A stretch of DNA of 55,207 bases from a virus. Lineage: Duplodnaviria > Caudoviricetes. The notes under the pieces are model-generated. The model did no database searches, was not told the origin of the DNA, and saw nothing but the letters and a program-made list of their open reading frames with translations. The translations under genes and the position numbers were made by a program. Positions 28,874 through 37,394 of the stretch are shown one piece after another; position 1 is the first letter of the stretch; every line of letters begins with the position of its first letter. Location of the stretch: positions 1-55,207 of IMG/VR virus record IMGVR_UViG_3300006080_000002. One strand, given 5' to 3'.

Positions 28874-29359
28874 CTATCGTGGCGTCGTGTATGCGTGCGC
28901 CGCTTCAGTATCAAGCCAGCGGTTTGCATAATCCAAAAACCAATGTTTAAACATGCTGAATTCAATTTCAGCGTCCACACCGTGAAGCATAGTTGGGTTT
29001 CCTGCTGTTGGTGTATCCAGGCTCAGACAGCACAACATCCGGCAGCGCCAGGACTTGCGGTTCTGGCGGAACAACAGGATTGGAATGTTGTTCTGGCGGC
29101 GGGCACTGGCCTCACACTGGCGCCACCAGCTAGGCACGGACAGATTTTCCTGCCGTTTAACTTCAATGCTGAGGCGCATAGGGTTTGTGAGGTCGTCCCC
29201 GCCAACCGCGCTTTGGTTCTGGTTGCGTTGAAACGGGCGGTCTTCAACTGCAGGAATCTTGTAACCTTTGCGGATACAGGCTTCGTCAAACCAGTTGTTC
29301 AACAGGGTAGCAATTTCACGCTCCCCGGTTTGGCCTTTTGTACGGGCGTTGATTGTCAT
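28874..29359 (-). CDS. Holliday junction resolvase-like PD-(D/E)XK nuclease
   Basis: KGQTGEREIA, GGDDL, IEVKRQE. Confidence 0.75.
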   Translation of the reverse strand: MTINARTKGQTGEREIATLLNNWFDEACIRKGYKIPAVEDRPFQRNQNQSAVGGDDLTNPMRLSIEVKRQENLSVPSWWRQCEASARRQNNIPILLFRQNRKSWRCRMLCCLSLDTPTAGNPTMLHGVDAEIEFSMFKHWFLDYANRWLDTEAAHAYTTPR

Positions 29360-29402
29360 ACTGTTCCCTTAATGGGTTAGCCCGGCGAACCGGGCGTTGT
29401 GG

Positions 29403-29609
29403 TTAGAGGTAGCCCATGTAAGCAGCTACCGCGAAAAAGGTGCGAGGGATTGGGACTTCAACTTTCCCGGCGCGCCACAGGTAAAGATCCTGAAAGCTAA
29501 CATCCGTCGCTTCTGCAATTTCAACTATTTCGTTGTATTGCAGATCTTCGAGCTCTTCACAGATTTCCTGGAAAACGCTAATGAACTCTTGAACTTGTTT
29601 TGAATGCAC
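29403..29609 (-). CDS. Small HTH DNA-binding protein
   Basis: EIAEATDVSFQDLYLWRAG HTH pattern; AGGAG RBS. Confidence 0.7.
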   Translation of the reverse strand: MHSKQVQEFISVFQEICEELEDLQYNEIVEIAEATDVSFQDLYLWRAGKVEVPIPRTFFAVAAYMGYL

Positions 29610-29641
29610 TGTTTTCTCCTTTAGTTGCTAAGTGCAGGTGC

Positions 29642-29670
29642 AGCATATGAACTAATATCAAGTGATGCAA
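29642..29670 (-). promoter_or_regulatory. Promoter for the HTH gene
   Basis: TTGCAT-17 nt-TATGCT. Confidence 0.5.
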
Positions 29671-29673
29671 CAC

Positions 29674-29907
29674 TTATTCGCAACCAAATGGAATTTTATT
29701 ACCGGAAGCCTTTGCCCAAGCCGCTTGGCCGTGGCTGTCGTAATGGCCAGCCAACCAAGCGCAGCGCAGCCCTACGGCGTTTACAGCATAAGGGCAAGGG
29801 CTACCCGCCGGGGCAGCCCAACCGGCCCGGTATTGGGCGTTATAGTTGTTGGGTACACCGGAAATCGGGTATTTTAACGGGTGCTCAGTGTCAACTCGCC
29901 TTTTCAT
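29674..29907 (-). CDS. Rmf-like small protein
   Basis: YRAG...CPY......RCAWLAG resembles the ribosome modulation factor pattern YxAG...CPY...RxxWLxG. Confidence 0.5.
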   Translation of the reverse strand: MKRRVDTEHPLKYPISGVPNNYNAQYRAGWAAPAGSPCPYAVNAVGLRCAWLAGHYDSHGQAAWAKASGNKIPFGCE

Positions 29908-30137
29908 GCTGTCAAACCGAGCTTGTCTTCTTCAATGTAGTTGTAGACGATGGCAGCAATCAGACGACCGCTACCGCGTGCGGTTTCAACGCCGTCACGC
30001 AGCACGCTGTATTCTCCGTCGGAATAGCAGACTTCAGCACTGTTGATAAGAATACGGCCTTTGTGGATTGGCAGACCGTAGATGGTGGCAAACATTTCCA
30101 AGCGCACACGCGCTTCGCGTTTGAAAAAGCGTTTCAT
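29904..30137 (-). CDS. Hypothetical protein
   Basis: GAGG RBS; coupled to the downstream gene. Confidence 0.6.
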   Translation of the reverse strand: MKRFFKREARVRLEMFATIYGLPIHKGRILINSAEVCYSDGEYSVLRDGVETARGSGRLIAAIVYNYIEEDKLGLTA

Positions 30138-30200
30138 GGATATCCCTCGGACTTTTGGTAGTTGGTACAGCATATAACAGTTGTTTAACTTGTGCAACAG

Positions 30201-30596
30201 TTAAAACTGAAACTTGTATGACAAGTTAACGGCATTTCCAAAGAACATCAAATTAACGTTTGATAGCTCCATGTAGACACCAATAACCGGAAGCGGGTAG
30301 TTATCCGGCTCCGGCGGCTTTTCTTCTGCATCCCAACGGCAGTATCCGTAGATGCACGAACCCTTATACCCGGTCACAAGTGCGGTTAATACACCAGCCG
30401 AATAATTCCATTCATAGTTTCGTGTTTGCTCGAATTTCTTTCCGATAAGGTACGACCGGCTGAAGTAAGAATTTACCATTGTTGCTGCAAAATAATCCTT
30501 GTATTCAACAGCGACAACTTGGTTATCCTCGTTCAGGTAAGTTGAATCTCCAATGTGGGCCGTCATTAGCCCAACGTACAAAGCGACTTCAAACAT
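30201..30596 (-). CDS. Putative small beta-barrel protein
   Basis: Alternating beta pattern, C-terminal YKFQF; AGGAGG RBS. Confidence 0.5.
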   Translation of the reverse strand: MFEVALYVGLMTAHIGDSTYLNEDNQVVAVEYKDYFAATMVNSYFSRSYLIGKKFEQTRNYEWNYSAGVLTALVTGYKGSCIYGYCRWDAEEKPPEPDNYPLPVIGVYMELSNVNLMFFGNAVNLSYKFQF

Positions 30597-30810
30597 GGGC
30601 CACCTCCTTGACCACATAATCCCAACCATGCTCCCGCGCCCGTGCGTGTGGGTTTTGTAACCCCAAGGATGTGAACATTTCCGCGTCTACCATACTGTGG
30701 CGGCGCAGTGCGGCGAACGGGTGGGCTGCTTCAACGGTTTCCGTTACGTGTAACGGTTCATCGTCCAACAGTGTTACAGTGACTTCGTACTTTAGCTTTT
30801 TCTGTTCCAT
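30589..30810 (-). CDS. Hypothetical protein
   Basis: First gene after the promoter at 30836-30863. Confidence 0.6.
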   Translation of the reverse strand: MEQKKLKYEVTVTLLDDEPLHVTETVEAAHPFAALRRHSMVDAEMFTSLGLQNPHARAREHGWDYVVKEVAHV

Positions 30811-30835
30811 GGTTTAACCCTTTTCACTTTTGGTT

Positions 30836-30863
30836 AATATACCAGCCCAGGATACAGATGCAA
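30836..30863 (-). promoter_or_regulatory. Sigma70-type promoter
   Basis: TTGCAT-16 nt-TATATT just downstream of a terminator. Confidence 0.6.
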
Positions 30864-30873
30864 GCTTTAATCC

Positions 30874-30911
30874 AAAAAAAAACCCCCTTGCGAATGAACG
30901 CAAGGGGGTTT
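30874..30911 (-). terminator. Strong intrinsic terminator
   Basis: AAACCCCCTTGCG-loop-CGCAAGGGGG followed by a long T tract on the - strand. Confidence 0.85.
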
Positions 30912-31048
30912 CCCGTCAAGCACCAACGAAACACAACCGAACAAGGAATGTTAGTGAAATTGGTGCAACAGAGGCAAGGCCAAATCCCAGTGACCTTTCT
31001 ACCACGACAACAGTCCGAGGTAAGAACAACGCGGCAGCCCCTGCCAGC
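30874..31048 (-). ncRNA. Candidate small non-coding RNA (about 170 nt)
   Basis: Bounded by the promoter at 31055-31083 and the terminator at 30874-30911; no ATG-started ORF within the predicted transcript. Confidence 0.45.
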
Positions 31049-31054
31049 GCTGTT

Positions 31055-31083
31055 ACTATGGCAAAAGTACTAGGGCTTTGCAA
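31055..31083 (-). promoter_or_regulatory. Promoter of the candidate sRNA
   Basis: TTGCAA-17 nt-CATAGT. Confidence 0.55.
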
Positions 31084-31090
31084 GCCTTTG

Positions 31091-31441
31091 TTAACAGGAT
31101 TTTTTAACAATGTGTAAATTATCCCTGTCCCATGCCACCTTCAGGTTCTTGAACCCCTTTTTGTGCAGGTACTTTTCAACCTTGATGCGAATGGTACAGC
31201 GTTCGGCTTCCGTGTACGGGTTCTGCCCGTCTTCACGGTAGTAGACATCCAAGTACTTAATACAGCGCCCATAAATGTTTGTCGCAGTGTGTTCTTTTGC
31301 CTTTTTGGTCCGGTACAGTTTGACATATTCCAAACCGTTATCCCACAGTACAGTTTTAACAGCATCGGCCACCTTTTGGTTTCGTTGGTCAATGTCGACG
31401 CCCTTTTGCAAAGAACGCAAAACTAAATGTTTATAAGCCAT
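31091..31441 (-). CDS. Hypothetical basic protein
   Basis: GGAGG RBS before ATG 31441. Confidence 0.65.
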   Translation of the reverse strand: MAYKHLVLRSLQKGVDIDQRNQKVADAVKTVLWDNGLEYVKLYRTKKAKEHTATNIYGRCIKYLDVYYREDGQNPYTEAERCTIRIKVEKYLHKKGFKNLKVAWDRDNLHIVKKSC

Positions 31442-31685
31442 CAGTGACCTCCACATCGGAAATGGCGTTAGTAATGATAATGCGCAGCCCCAGGATCTCT
31501 CGCGGCGAACCGGGGCTGCATTTGGCAAGCTCATCCATATAAGCGCGAACAGCCGGATAAAACTCGCTGGCCTCACCAACCCGAACGAACTTCGGCCGGT
31601 AGCCGTGGTTGAGTTTGAATGAATTGGCCAGATCATTAATCCGGTAAAGGTAATGCCGCGCAACCTGTTTGAGCTCGTTATCCAT
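31431..31685 (-). CDS. Hypothetical protein
   Basis: Tightly packed in the operon. Confidence 0.6.
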   Translation of the reverse strand: MDNELKQVARHYLYRINDLANSFKLNHGYRPKFVRVGEASEFYPAVRAYMDELAKCSPGSPREILGLRIIITNAISDVEVTDGL

Positions 31686-31687
31686 AG

Positions 31688-32029
31688 TTACCCCGTTACA
31701 AGTGGTGATTCAACCACGTCAGCAATTGTGCGAACTGCACAAGCAACTCGCTGATAGTTGGCTTCCATGTCTGCAATACGCAGGCGCAGTTCTTCGTTTT
31801 CATCGTTCAGCTTTTGGCGTTCTTCATTGCTGGCGGACAGCTCGCCGCTCAGACGGTCGCACGCGCCGGATGCCCGAGCAATTTCGATCTTCATTGCAGT
31901 CATTGCAAGTTCTGCAACAAACAAGCATTCCCGAGCCTCACGAAGTTCTTTCTGTTGCTTTCGCATTGCTGCCAGTAACGCCTTGTTTTTAACTAACCGT
32001 TTTTCCGATTTTTGTTTTTCGTTTTTCAT
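31688..32029 (-). CDS. Hypothetical coiled-coil protein
   Basis: GAGG RBS; heptad pattern. Confidence 0.6.
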   Translation of the reverse strand: MKNEKQKSEKRLVKNKALLAAMRKQQKELREARECLFVAELAMTAMKIEIARASGACDRLSGELSASNEERQKLNDENEELRLRIADMEANYQRVACAVRTIADVVESPLVTG

Positions 32030-32076
32030 TGGTATTACCTCGTTCAATTGTGGGCGCGGGTGCGCCCCCGGTGTGG

Positions 32077-32634
32077 TTAATATTTCTTACCGTCAGCTTC
32101 TGCGCGGGCTTCGCGTGTGTGGTCTGGTCGAACTTTATTGAATGCCAGCTTTTCTTCAACAGCTCCGCGCAGATCCAACCCGCGAACGTTGCAATGGTGC
32201 ATAATTGCATAAATCACGCCACACCACACAACGTCCTCACCTGAGGAATTTTCTAATATCGTAAGTGCGATGGCTGCCGTAAGAGCTTTCAGCACAGCCA
32301 GCTGAGCCACAGGATTTTTGCGAGGAGTGTAACATCGCAGAATGTAAGCTTGCGATTCAGCGGTAGCTTCGTCGTATTTGAAGCCATAACGCCCGGCGAA
32401 ATCGCACAGACGAATAAAGGCGTCGGCCATTTCAACTTCTTCCATTTTGCGGTGAGGCAGTTTATCGTCCATCAAATTTTTGCGGACGCCTTCTGTCGCT
32501 TCGGAAAGTTCGCTAATAGCTAACCCCAGCTTTTCCAAAGGGTCGACATCTTCGTGATCCCACCAGCCCGCTTCTACATTGGCTTTGTGGATGGAAGAAA
32601 TCAGTTCGTTAATTTCGGGAATAGTATAAATCAT
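32077..32634 (-). CDS. MazG-like nucleotide pyrophosphohydrolase
   Basis: SELSEATE..EEVEMADAFIR metal-binding helices; EKLAFNKVRPDH. Confidence 0.8.
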   Translation of the reverse strand: MIYTIPEINELISSIHKANVEAGWWDHEDVDPLEKLGLAISELSEATEGVRKNLMDDKLPHRKMEEVEMADAFIRLCDFAGRYGFKYDEATAESQAYILRCYTPRKNPVAQLAVLKALTAAIALTILENSSGEDVVWCGVIYAIMHHCNVRGLDLRGAVEEKLAFNKVRPDHTREARAEADGKKY

Positions 32635-32644
32635 ATTTACCTCG

Positions 32645-32917
32645 TTATTTAAAGTTATCAATACAAGCCTGACGGCGTGCATCGTCTTGCCAGTGGTGGC
32701 TTAAACCGCGTGAGCCGTGGTATGCCCCACAACCGCAGCGCTTACCGCCACCTTTAAGTGACCACAGGTAGGCCCGCACTTCGTGTCCGCAGAACGGGCA
32801 GTTAAAGTAGATCACTATGCTGGAAGGTGCTTCCAGTTCCTTGTTATGTACTGCATAAGGGCGGCGCGTTATGGCGTCGCGGTCACGGTCAATCTTCGGA
32901 AAGTCTTTCTTAGCCAT
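32645..32917 (-). CDS. Small zinc-ribbon protein
   Basis: CPFCG...CGCG. Confidence 0.6.
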   Translation of the reverse strand: MAKKDFPKIDRDRDAITRRPYAVHNKELEAPSSIVIYFNCPFCGHEVRAYLWSLKGGGKRCGCGAYHGSRGLSHHWQDDARRQACIDNFK

Positions 32918-32976
32918 ACCGGCCCCTTTTTTAATGTGCCTGCGTATTATAACAATCTGTTGCGAATGTGCAACAG

Positions 32977-33309
32977 CTAAATGGCGCCATCCAATTGTTC
33001 CCAAATACAGCTCTGGCTGCGTTCAGGGTAAAACTTCACCCTGCGGCCTTTTCCACCGGGGCCGCTTTTCTTGGCCTCGCGCGCAATAATGACAACAGCA
33101 ATCGAATCGAATGTCGAAAGGTCAACGTTAACATCCACCACTTCCCAAACGTAACTACAGCTAAGACCAATCGCCGTAAACTTCTTGCCAATGTAGCGTT
33201 CACGAGCAGCTTCGAGCTCAGTTTCAAGTGCCCGGCGAAGCTGCTGCTTCATAAACAGGATATTGTTGTGCATATCCAAAACCGTTTTATTTTCTTTAAA
33301 CGTGAGCAT
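32977..33309 (-). CDS. Hypothetical protein
   Basis: GAGG RBS before ATG 33309. Confidence 0.6.
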   Translation of the reverse strand: MLTFKENKTVLDMHNNILFMKQQLRRALETELEAARERYIGKKFTAIGLSCSYVWEVVDVNVDLSTFDSIAVVIIAREAKKSGPGGKGRRVKFYPERSQSCIWEQLDGAI

Positions 33310-33356
33310 GTAATACCTCAGCAATGTTGGCCCGGCGCAGTGCCGGGCGGTTGTGG

Positions 33357-33629
33357 TTAGTTGGCGGCCTTGTAAGCTTCATAATCATCCAGGATAGCTT
33401 GGCAGGCGTTACGGTAGGACAGCAGGATTGAGCTGTGGAAATCCGAAAACAGCACTTTACCATTTCCCAGAACTTCAACGCCACGGGCTTCAAAGGTAAT
33501 GCTGTAGACACCGTTGCAGAATGTTTTACCACAGCGAAACCCTTCCTTGTGGTACGCTGATAAACCAAAACGGTTGAGCATATCGGCGGCGAGTTTGGCG
33601 GCCTTCATCTGGTTGGTTGGCTGGGTCAT
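33357..33629 (-). CDS. Hypothetical protein
   Basis: GGAG RBS; own promoter. Confidence 0.65.
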   Translation of the reverse strand: MTQPTNQMKAAKLAADMLNRFGLSAYHKEGFRCGKTFCNGVYSITFEARGVEVLGNGKVLFSDFHSSILLSYRNACQAILDDYEAYKAAN

Positions 33630-33660
33630 TGTCGTTCTCCGTTGCGTTGTTGATATGTAC

Positions 33661-33688
33661 ATATTACCTGAACTATTCAACAACGCAA
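33661..33688 (-). promoter_or_regulatory. Sigma70-type promoter
   Basis: TTGCGT-16 nt-TAATAT. Confidence 0.5.
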
Positions 33689-33701
33689 CTTATTTTTGCA
33701 A

Positions 33702-34481
33702 TTACATTTCACCTTTAGCTATATCGAGCAGAATCTCCTGCTTCGCTTCAGCTTGCCAGCGGGCTTTCATTGTGTCCAATGCTTCCGGTGTGTACAGAAT
33801 ACCAGACGCCAGAAGATTTTGGGCTTCACTCAATTCTTTTTCCAGTTGCGCGATGCGGTCTTTATGTTTCTTTTTAGCAACGTCTGCTTTCGCTTCGTCA
33901 CGGTAGTACACAAAATCGGCAAGCATCCGTTTCGTGTCGCCTGTAAACTTTTTCGCGGTATCCGGGTCGTGGAGAGTTGACCATCCTGTGAACTGCGATA
34001 CAATCTTTTCTTTTTCATTAATAGCGGGGTCTTCCGTTTCAACGAAAATCCACTCTGCAGGGTCTACGGCCATTTCGTTTTTCAGCGCGTTATCGAACAG
34101 AACAGTAAGCCTCGGTGAAGAGTAACAACAACGCTTCGGTGACTGCTGTGGCGCGCCTTTTGCTTTAGCTGGGGTTTTCTTGCGTATGACATACCAGCGA
34201 CCAGGAATTGGGCCTTCGTATTCTGGTTCTGCCGCCGGTTTGTTCAATTCGTCCGAGCTGTACCCCTTTTGGACGCAAAGATTGTACCACTCGGCTCGCT
34301 CAATTGTTCCAAGTGATGGTGTCTCCAGCGATACGAGATAGGGGTATTTATTCACCCGAGTCACCCATTTCCAACCGCTAATGGTTGGGGTTTCACTGTT
34401 TATCAACCTTGGCCATGTTACAAAAAGGTGAACGAGGGCTTCCAAGGCTTGCGGTTTGGTTTTGGTAGGTATCATAATCAT
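33702..34481 (-). CDS. Hypothetical protein
   Basis: About 259 aa; follows the promoter at 34508-34535. Confidence 0.7.
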   Translation of the reverse strand: MIMIPTKTKPQALEALVHLFVTWPRLINSETPTISGWKWVTRVNKYPYLVSLETPSLGTIERAEWYNLCVQKGYSSDELNKPAAEPEYEGPIPGRWYVIRKKTPAKAKGAPQQSPKRCCYSSPRLTVLFDNALKNEMAVDPAEWIFVETEDPAINEKEKIVSQFTGWSTLHDPDTAKKFTGDTKRMLADFVYYRDEAKADVAKKKHKDRIAQLEKELSEAQNLLASGILYTPEALDTMKARWQAEAKQEILLDIAKGEM

Positions 34482-34507
34482 ATTCCTGTGTTGGTTGGTA
34501 TAGACCA

Positions 34508-34535
34508 ATATTAACAGAACTGTTCTGGTGTGCAA
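34508..34535 (-). promoter_or_regulatory. Sigma70-type promoter
   Basis: TTGCAC-16 nt-TAATAT downstream of a terminator. Confidence 0.6.
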
Positions 34536-34544
34536 GCTTTAGTC

Positions 34545-34572
34545 AAAAAAAAAAACCCCGGCAATTCGGGGC
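34545..34572 (-). terminator. Intrinsic terminator
   Basis: CCCCG-AATTGC-CGGGG followed by a long T tract. Confidence 0.75.
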
Positions 34573-34578
34573 TGTGTG

Positions 34579-34821
34579 TTAAAGCATGAGGCCGGTTATA
34601 AAGCCGGACAGAAAGTCTGGCGAGCTGTCTTCCGGTTCGCTTACCTTTGGCTCGGCCCGGCTTGGCGTAACAGGCACGCCGGTATCAACCAAACCACTTT
34701 TCAGAAGCTTATGGTAAAACTCTGGCGTGACTTCGATAACGTCAGCTTGGCTGAAAACCAGTTCGCCAACTGTGTTAATACCGCCATTCGAAACAACGAC
34801 GGTACGCCCAAAAACTTTCAT
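34579..34821 (-). CDS. Hypothetical protein
   Basis: ATGA overlap with the upstream gene. Confidence 0.6.
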   Translation of the reverse strand: MKVFGRTVVVSNGGINTVGELVFSQADVIEVTPEFYHKLLKSGLVDTGVPVTPSRAEPKVSEPEDSSPDFLSGFITGLML

Positions 34822-35273
34822 TTTGTAAACACCAAGTGAAGCACGAAACCAAAAATGGCAAGCGTTTCAATTCCAATAACGCCGAGTCCAATTGGAATGG
34901 CATACTCGAAAAAGTCACGTTTCGGCTTAGCCTTCATTTGCTGCGCAGTATCCGGTTTTTCATCCAAAAAGCGGCGGTATTCCCGGCAATGCCGTCTGTA
35001 CCGCTCGTGTACCCGTGACAGGTCAATTATAAGCGCGTTTGTCACCGCAATAACCACAGCGAACACCAATGCGCAGCGGGCGGCAGCTATAATCGCCATA
35101 TGCCGTGGCATCGTGGCATACAGTTCATACAGGCTCAAGTCCAAATACATGGCCGACGGCGCTATTGCCAACACAGCCAGCATACACAGCGCAATAAGCG
35201 ATGTCCCAAAATCAGGGAACCAGCTTTGTTTCAGCAGTTTCCAGAATGACGGTTTTTCAAAATTCGCAATCAT
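34818..35273 (-). CDS. Membrane protein
   Basis: Three hydrophobic segments. Confidence 0.7.
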   Translation of the reverse strand: MIANFEKPSFWKLLKQSWFPDFGTSLIALCMLAVLAIAPSAMYLDLSLYELYATMPRHMAIIAAARCALVFAVVIAVTNALIIDLSRVHERYRRHCREYRRFLDEKPDTAQQMKAKPKRDFFEYAIPIGLGVIGIETLAIFGFVLHLVFTK

Positions 35274-35282
35274 GGTTCATCC

Positions 35283-35444
35283 TTAGCCTATGGCTTTTGC
35301 TTCACAAATAAGTTTATCGAGCTGGCCGAATACATCGAACAGCTCGATGATTCCGTAAATGGGGCAAGCGAGAAGGGTGACGGCCAGAGCAATCATACCC
35401 CAGTGCAACAGCTTCCAGCGCGTAGCGCTACTCGGTTTCATCAT
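35283..35444 (-). CDS. Small membrane protein (53 aa)
   Basis: GAGG RBS; one transmembrane segment. Confidence 0.55.
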   Translation of the reverse strand: MMKPSSATRWKLLHWGMIALAVTLLACPIYGIIELFDVFGQLDKLICEAKAIG

Positions 35445-35727
35445 TTTTCGTTTCCTCATGGTAGTTGCTAAGTTCCCAATAAATATACGCCCAAACAAGA
35501 ACGGATACAAGGAATAACATTGCCAGATGTTCAAGCCAGTTGCGACGGCATTGCACATCACTGAACAGGTGTTGGCACAGGTGGTTCATTATATCGAAGC
35601 TGTACAGGATTGCGAACATGAGAACTACAGCGAACAGCACTTCCCGTATTGCATCGATGGCACGGACGAACCGTGCCTTCATGCTCGCAAACCACCAGCC
35701 AAGGAACGCCCTTACCCGACGCATCAC
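35428..35727 (-). CDS. Membrane protein
   Basis: Two hydrophobic segments. Confidence 0.6.
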   Translation of the reverse strand: MMRRVRAFLGWWFASMKARFVRAIDAIREVLFAVVLMFAILYSFDIMNHLCQHLFSDVQCRRNWLEHLAMLFLVSVLVWAYIYWELSNYHEETKNDETE

Positions 35728-36434
35728 TCAGCCTCCGGGTAAGGGGCCACACCTTCATCGAATTCGGCCTGTTGGCGGATAAGGTCGACAACTTTGCGGT
35801 AGATGTGCCAATCGGATTCAACCACGGCGCAGTTTTCAATAACAGCGTTCATTTCTTGCGCGTCGCCAATGGTGTCCTGCACAAGCTCAAGGGTGTTCGA
35901 GGAAAGCTTTGACAGCTTCAAAACAAGGTAACGTGTATCAAGCACGAACCCGGTGTCAGGTGTCTGGTCTGCAACACCATAACGGTTTACGGTTAACAGC
36001 TCTTGAGCAAGCCGGAACCCGAATTCCTCAAATGAGAAAAGCATTGGCAGCATGAAATGAATGAAATGCTGAACATGCTGCGCTATCGCCCGGCCAACAT
36101 TCGCGCGAGTTGCCCGGATGTTGTAGTAGTTGCTTGGATGGCGGAAACCGTGGTAGTCAAGCTGCATCACAATGGTGTGTGAATTATTGTTAAGTGGAAC
36201 GTACTGGGTACAACGCCACTTCCCATGCTTCAGAACTTTTGCAGCCACAGCTTGTTCCGCTTTACCCAGAGCCCGGCGCAAAGCGATTGCAGTGTAGCCA
36301 GCACCATTGACAGAAATACTGTGGTTGATAATCTCGGCAACCTTGCGGCAATCCCGGAAGTGGTTGATACGCTCGCGCATATTCCACAGGTCTTTTGCAA
36401 TTTCGTCAGCAAAGCTGAAGTTATTGTTGGTCAT
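35724..36434 (-). CDS. Hypothetical protein
   Basis: 236-aa ORF with GGAG RBS. Confidence 0.7.
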   Translation of the reverse strand: MTNNNFSFADEIAKDLWNMRERINHFRDCRKVAEIINHSISVNGAGYTAIALRRALGKAEQAVAAKVLKHGKWRCTQYVPLNNNSHTIVMQLDYHGFRHPSNYYNIRATRANVGRAIAQHVQHFIHFMLPMLFSFEEFGFRLAQELLTVNRYGVADQTPDTGFVLDTRYLVLKLSKLSSNTLELVQDTIGDAQEMNAVIENCAVVESDWHIYRKVVDLIRQQAEFDEGVAPYPEAE

Positions 36435-36436
36435 GG

Positions 36437-36733
36437 TTAGTTGCTCCAGTTACGCAGGAAAATTGACTGCTGTTTGTTTTGAGCCCCAGGATGCGGCCCA
36501 TCGAAAGTGGCTAACCAGCCGTGCGGCAGATCGCACATATTAAGCTTGTCAACAATGCGGCCAATACGACCGGCGATATCGGCTGGCGTTCCATGGCCGT
36601 AAACAGCGTAGAACTTGATGGTTTTGCCAGACTTGTTCACGTTGTAGTAGGTTTTGACGCATTGCAGGTTATGCTGAGCCAACAGTGCGCGGGTGGCGGC
36701 GATGGCTTTCTTTTGGTTGCGAGGTGTTGTCAT
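36437..36733 (-). CDS. Hypothetical protein
   Basis: AAGGG RBS; follows the promoter at 36765-36792. Confidence 0.65.
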   Translation of the reverse strand: MTTPRNQKKAIAATRALLAQHNLQCVKTYYNVNKSGKTIKFYAVYGHGTPADIAGRIGRIVDKLNMCDLPHGWLATFDGPHPGAQNKQQSIFLRNWSN

Positions 36734-36764
36734 TTGATTACCCTTGTTTGGTTTCGGTAAGGGT

Positions 36765-36792
36765 ACTATACAGGAATGCGCGGGCGTTGCAA
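36765..36792 (-). promoter_or_regulatory. Sigma70-type early promoter
   Basis: TTGCAA-16 nt-TATAGT. Confidence 0.65.
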
Positions 36793-36812
36793 CAACTAAA
36801 CGCCCGCTTTTG

Positions 36813-37394
36813 TTATTCGCCGATTTTGTAAACCAGCTGAACCAGATAAGAATCAAGGCGCTTCGATACGCCGTCTTCAATTCCCCAGCACGGGGCATCG
36901 AATGCGGTGTAGTTAGCTTCGGTCGGATATGCCGGGTCATGTATGACCACACCATTTCGGCAAACCACGGCATGGTTCACTTCCGTGCCATCGTAGCCGC
37001 CGTTGACAATGCAGACCACATTGCCCAACAGCTCCGCGGTGAATTCCAAAGCTTCCTGAGCTGTCATCGGGTTGTGTTTGTTGCCATATATTGAGAAGTC
37101 GAAAAGCCCCCAGCCAATTTCGGCAAGTGCCGCTTTGAACTTTTCGTCGGCTGCTTCCAGAACCGCAATCGCTTCTTTGCTTGGGTTGCGGTGCGCCCAT
37201 TCCGGGACAAGGTCGTACAGGTTGGGCAACCCTACCACCCCGGTGATACTTTCAACACAGGCACGGAAGCAATCGGTTTCGGTGCGCTGTGGCACCGGGT
37301 TGGCCATATGCTGCGGAACCCAGAAATTGGCTTCCGGGTCGAAGTAGTCAAGATCGTGCAGGGCAAAGCGCCCAATATGTGTAAAGTTATTCAT
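36813..37394 (-). CDS. Putative papain-fold (C39-like) cysteine peptidase
   Basis: QRTETDCFRAC ... NHAVV ... IHDP. Confidence 0.55.
   Translation of the reverse strand: MNNFTHIGRFALHDLDYFDPEANFWVPQHMANPVPQRTETDCFRACVESITGVVGLPNLYDLVPEWAHRNPSKEAIAVLEAADEKFKAALAEIGWGLFDFSIYGNKHNPMTAQEALEFTAELLGNVVCIVNGGYDGTEVNHAVVCRNGVVIHDPAYPTEANYTAFDAPCWGIEDGVSKRLDSYLVQLVYKIGE

Noticed and set aside
30858-31073. Plus-strand ORF in the candidate sRNA region
   Set aside because: It runs against the local gene direction, spans a terminator hairpin, and its AAGGA abuts the internal ATG with no spacing
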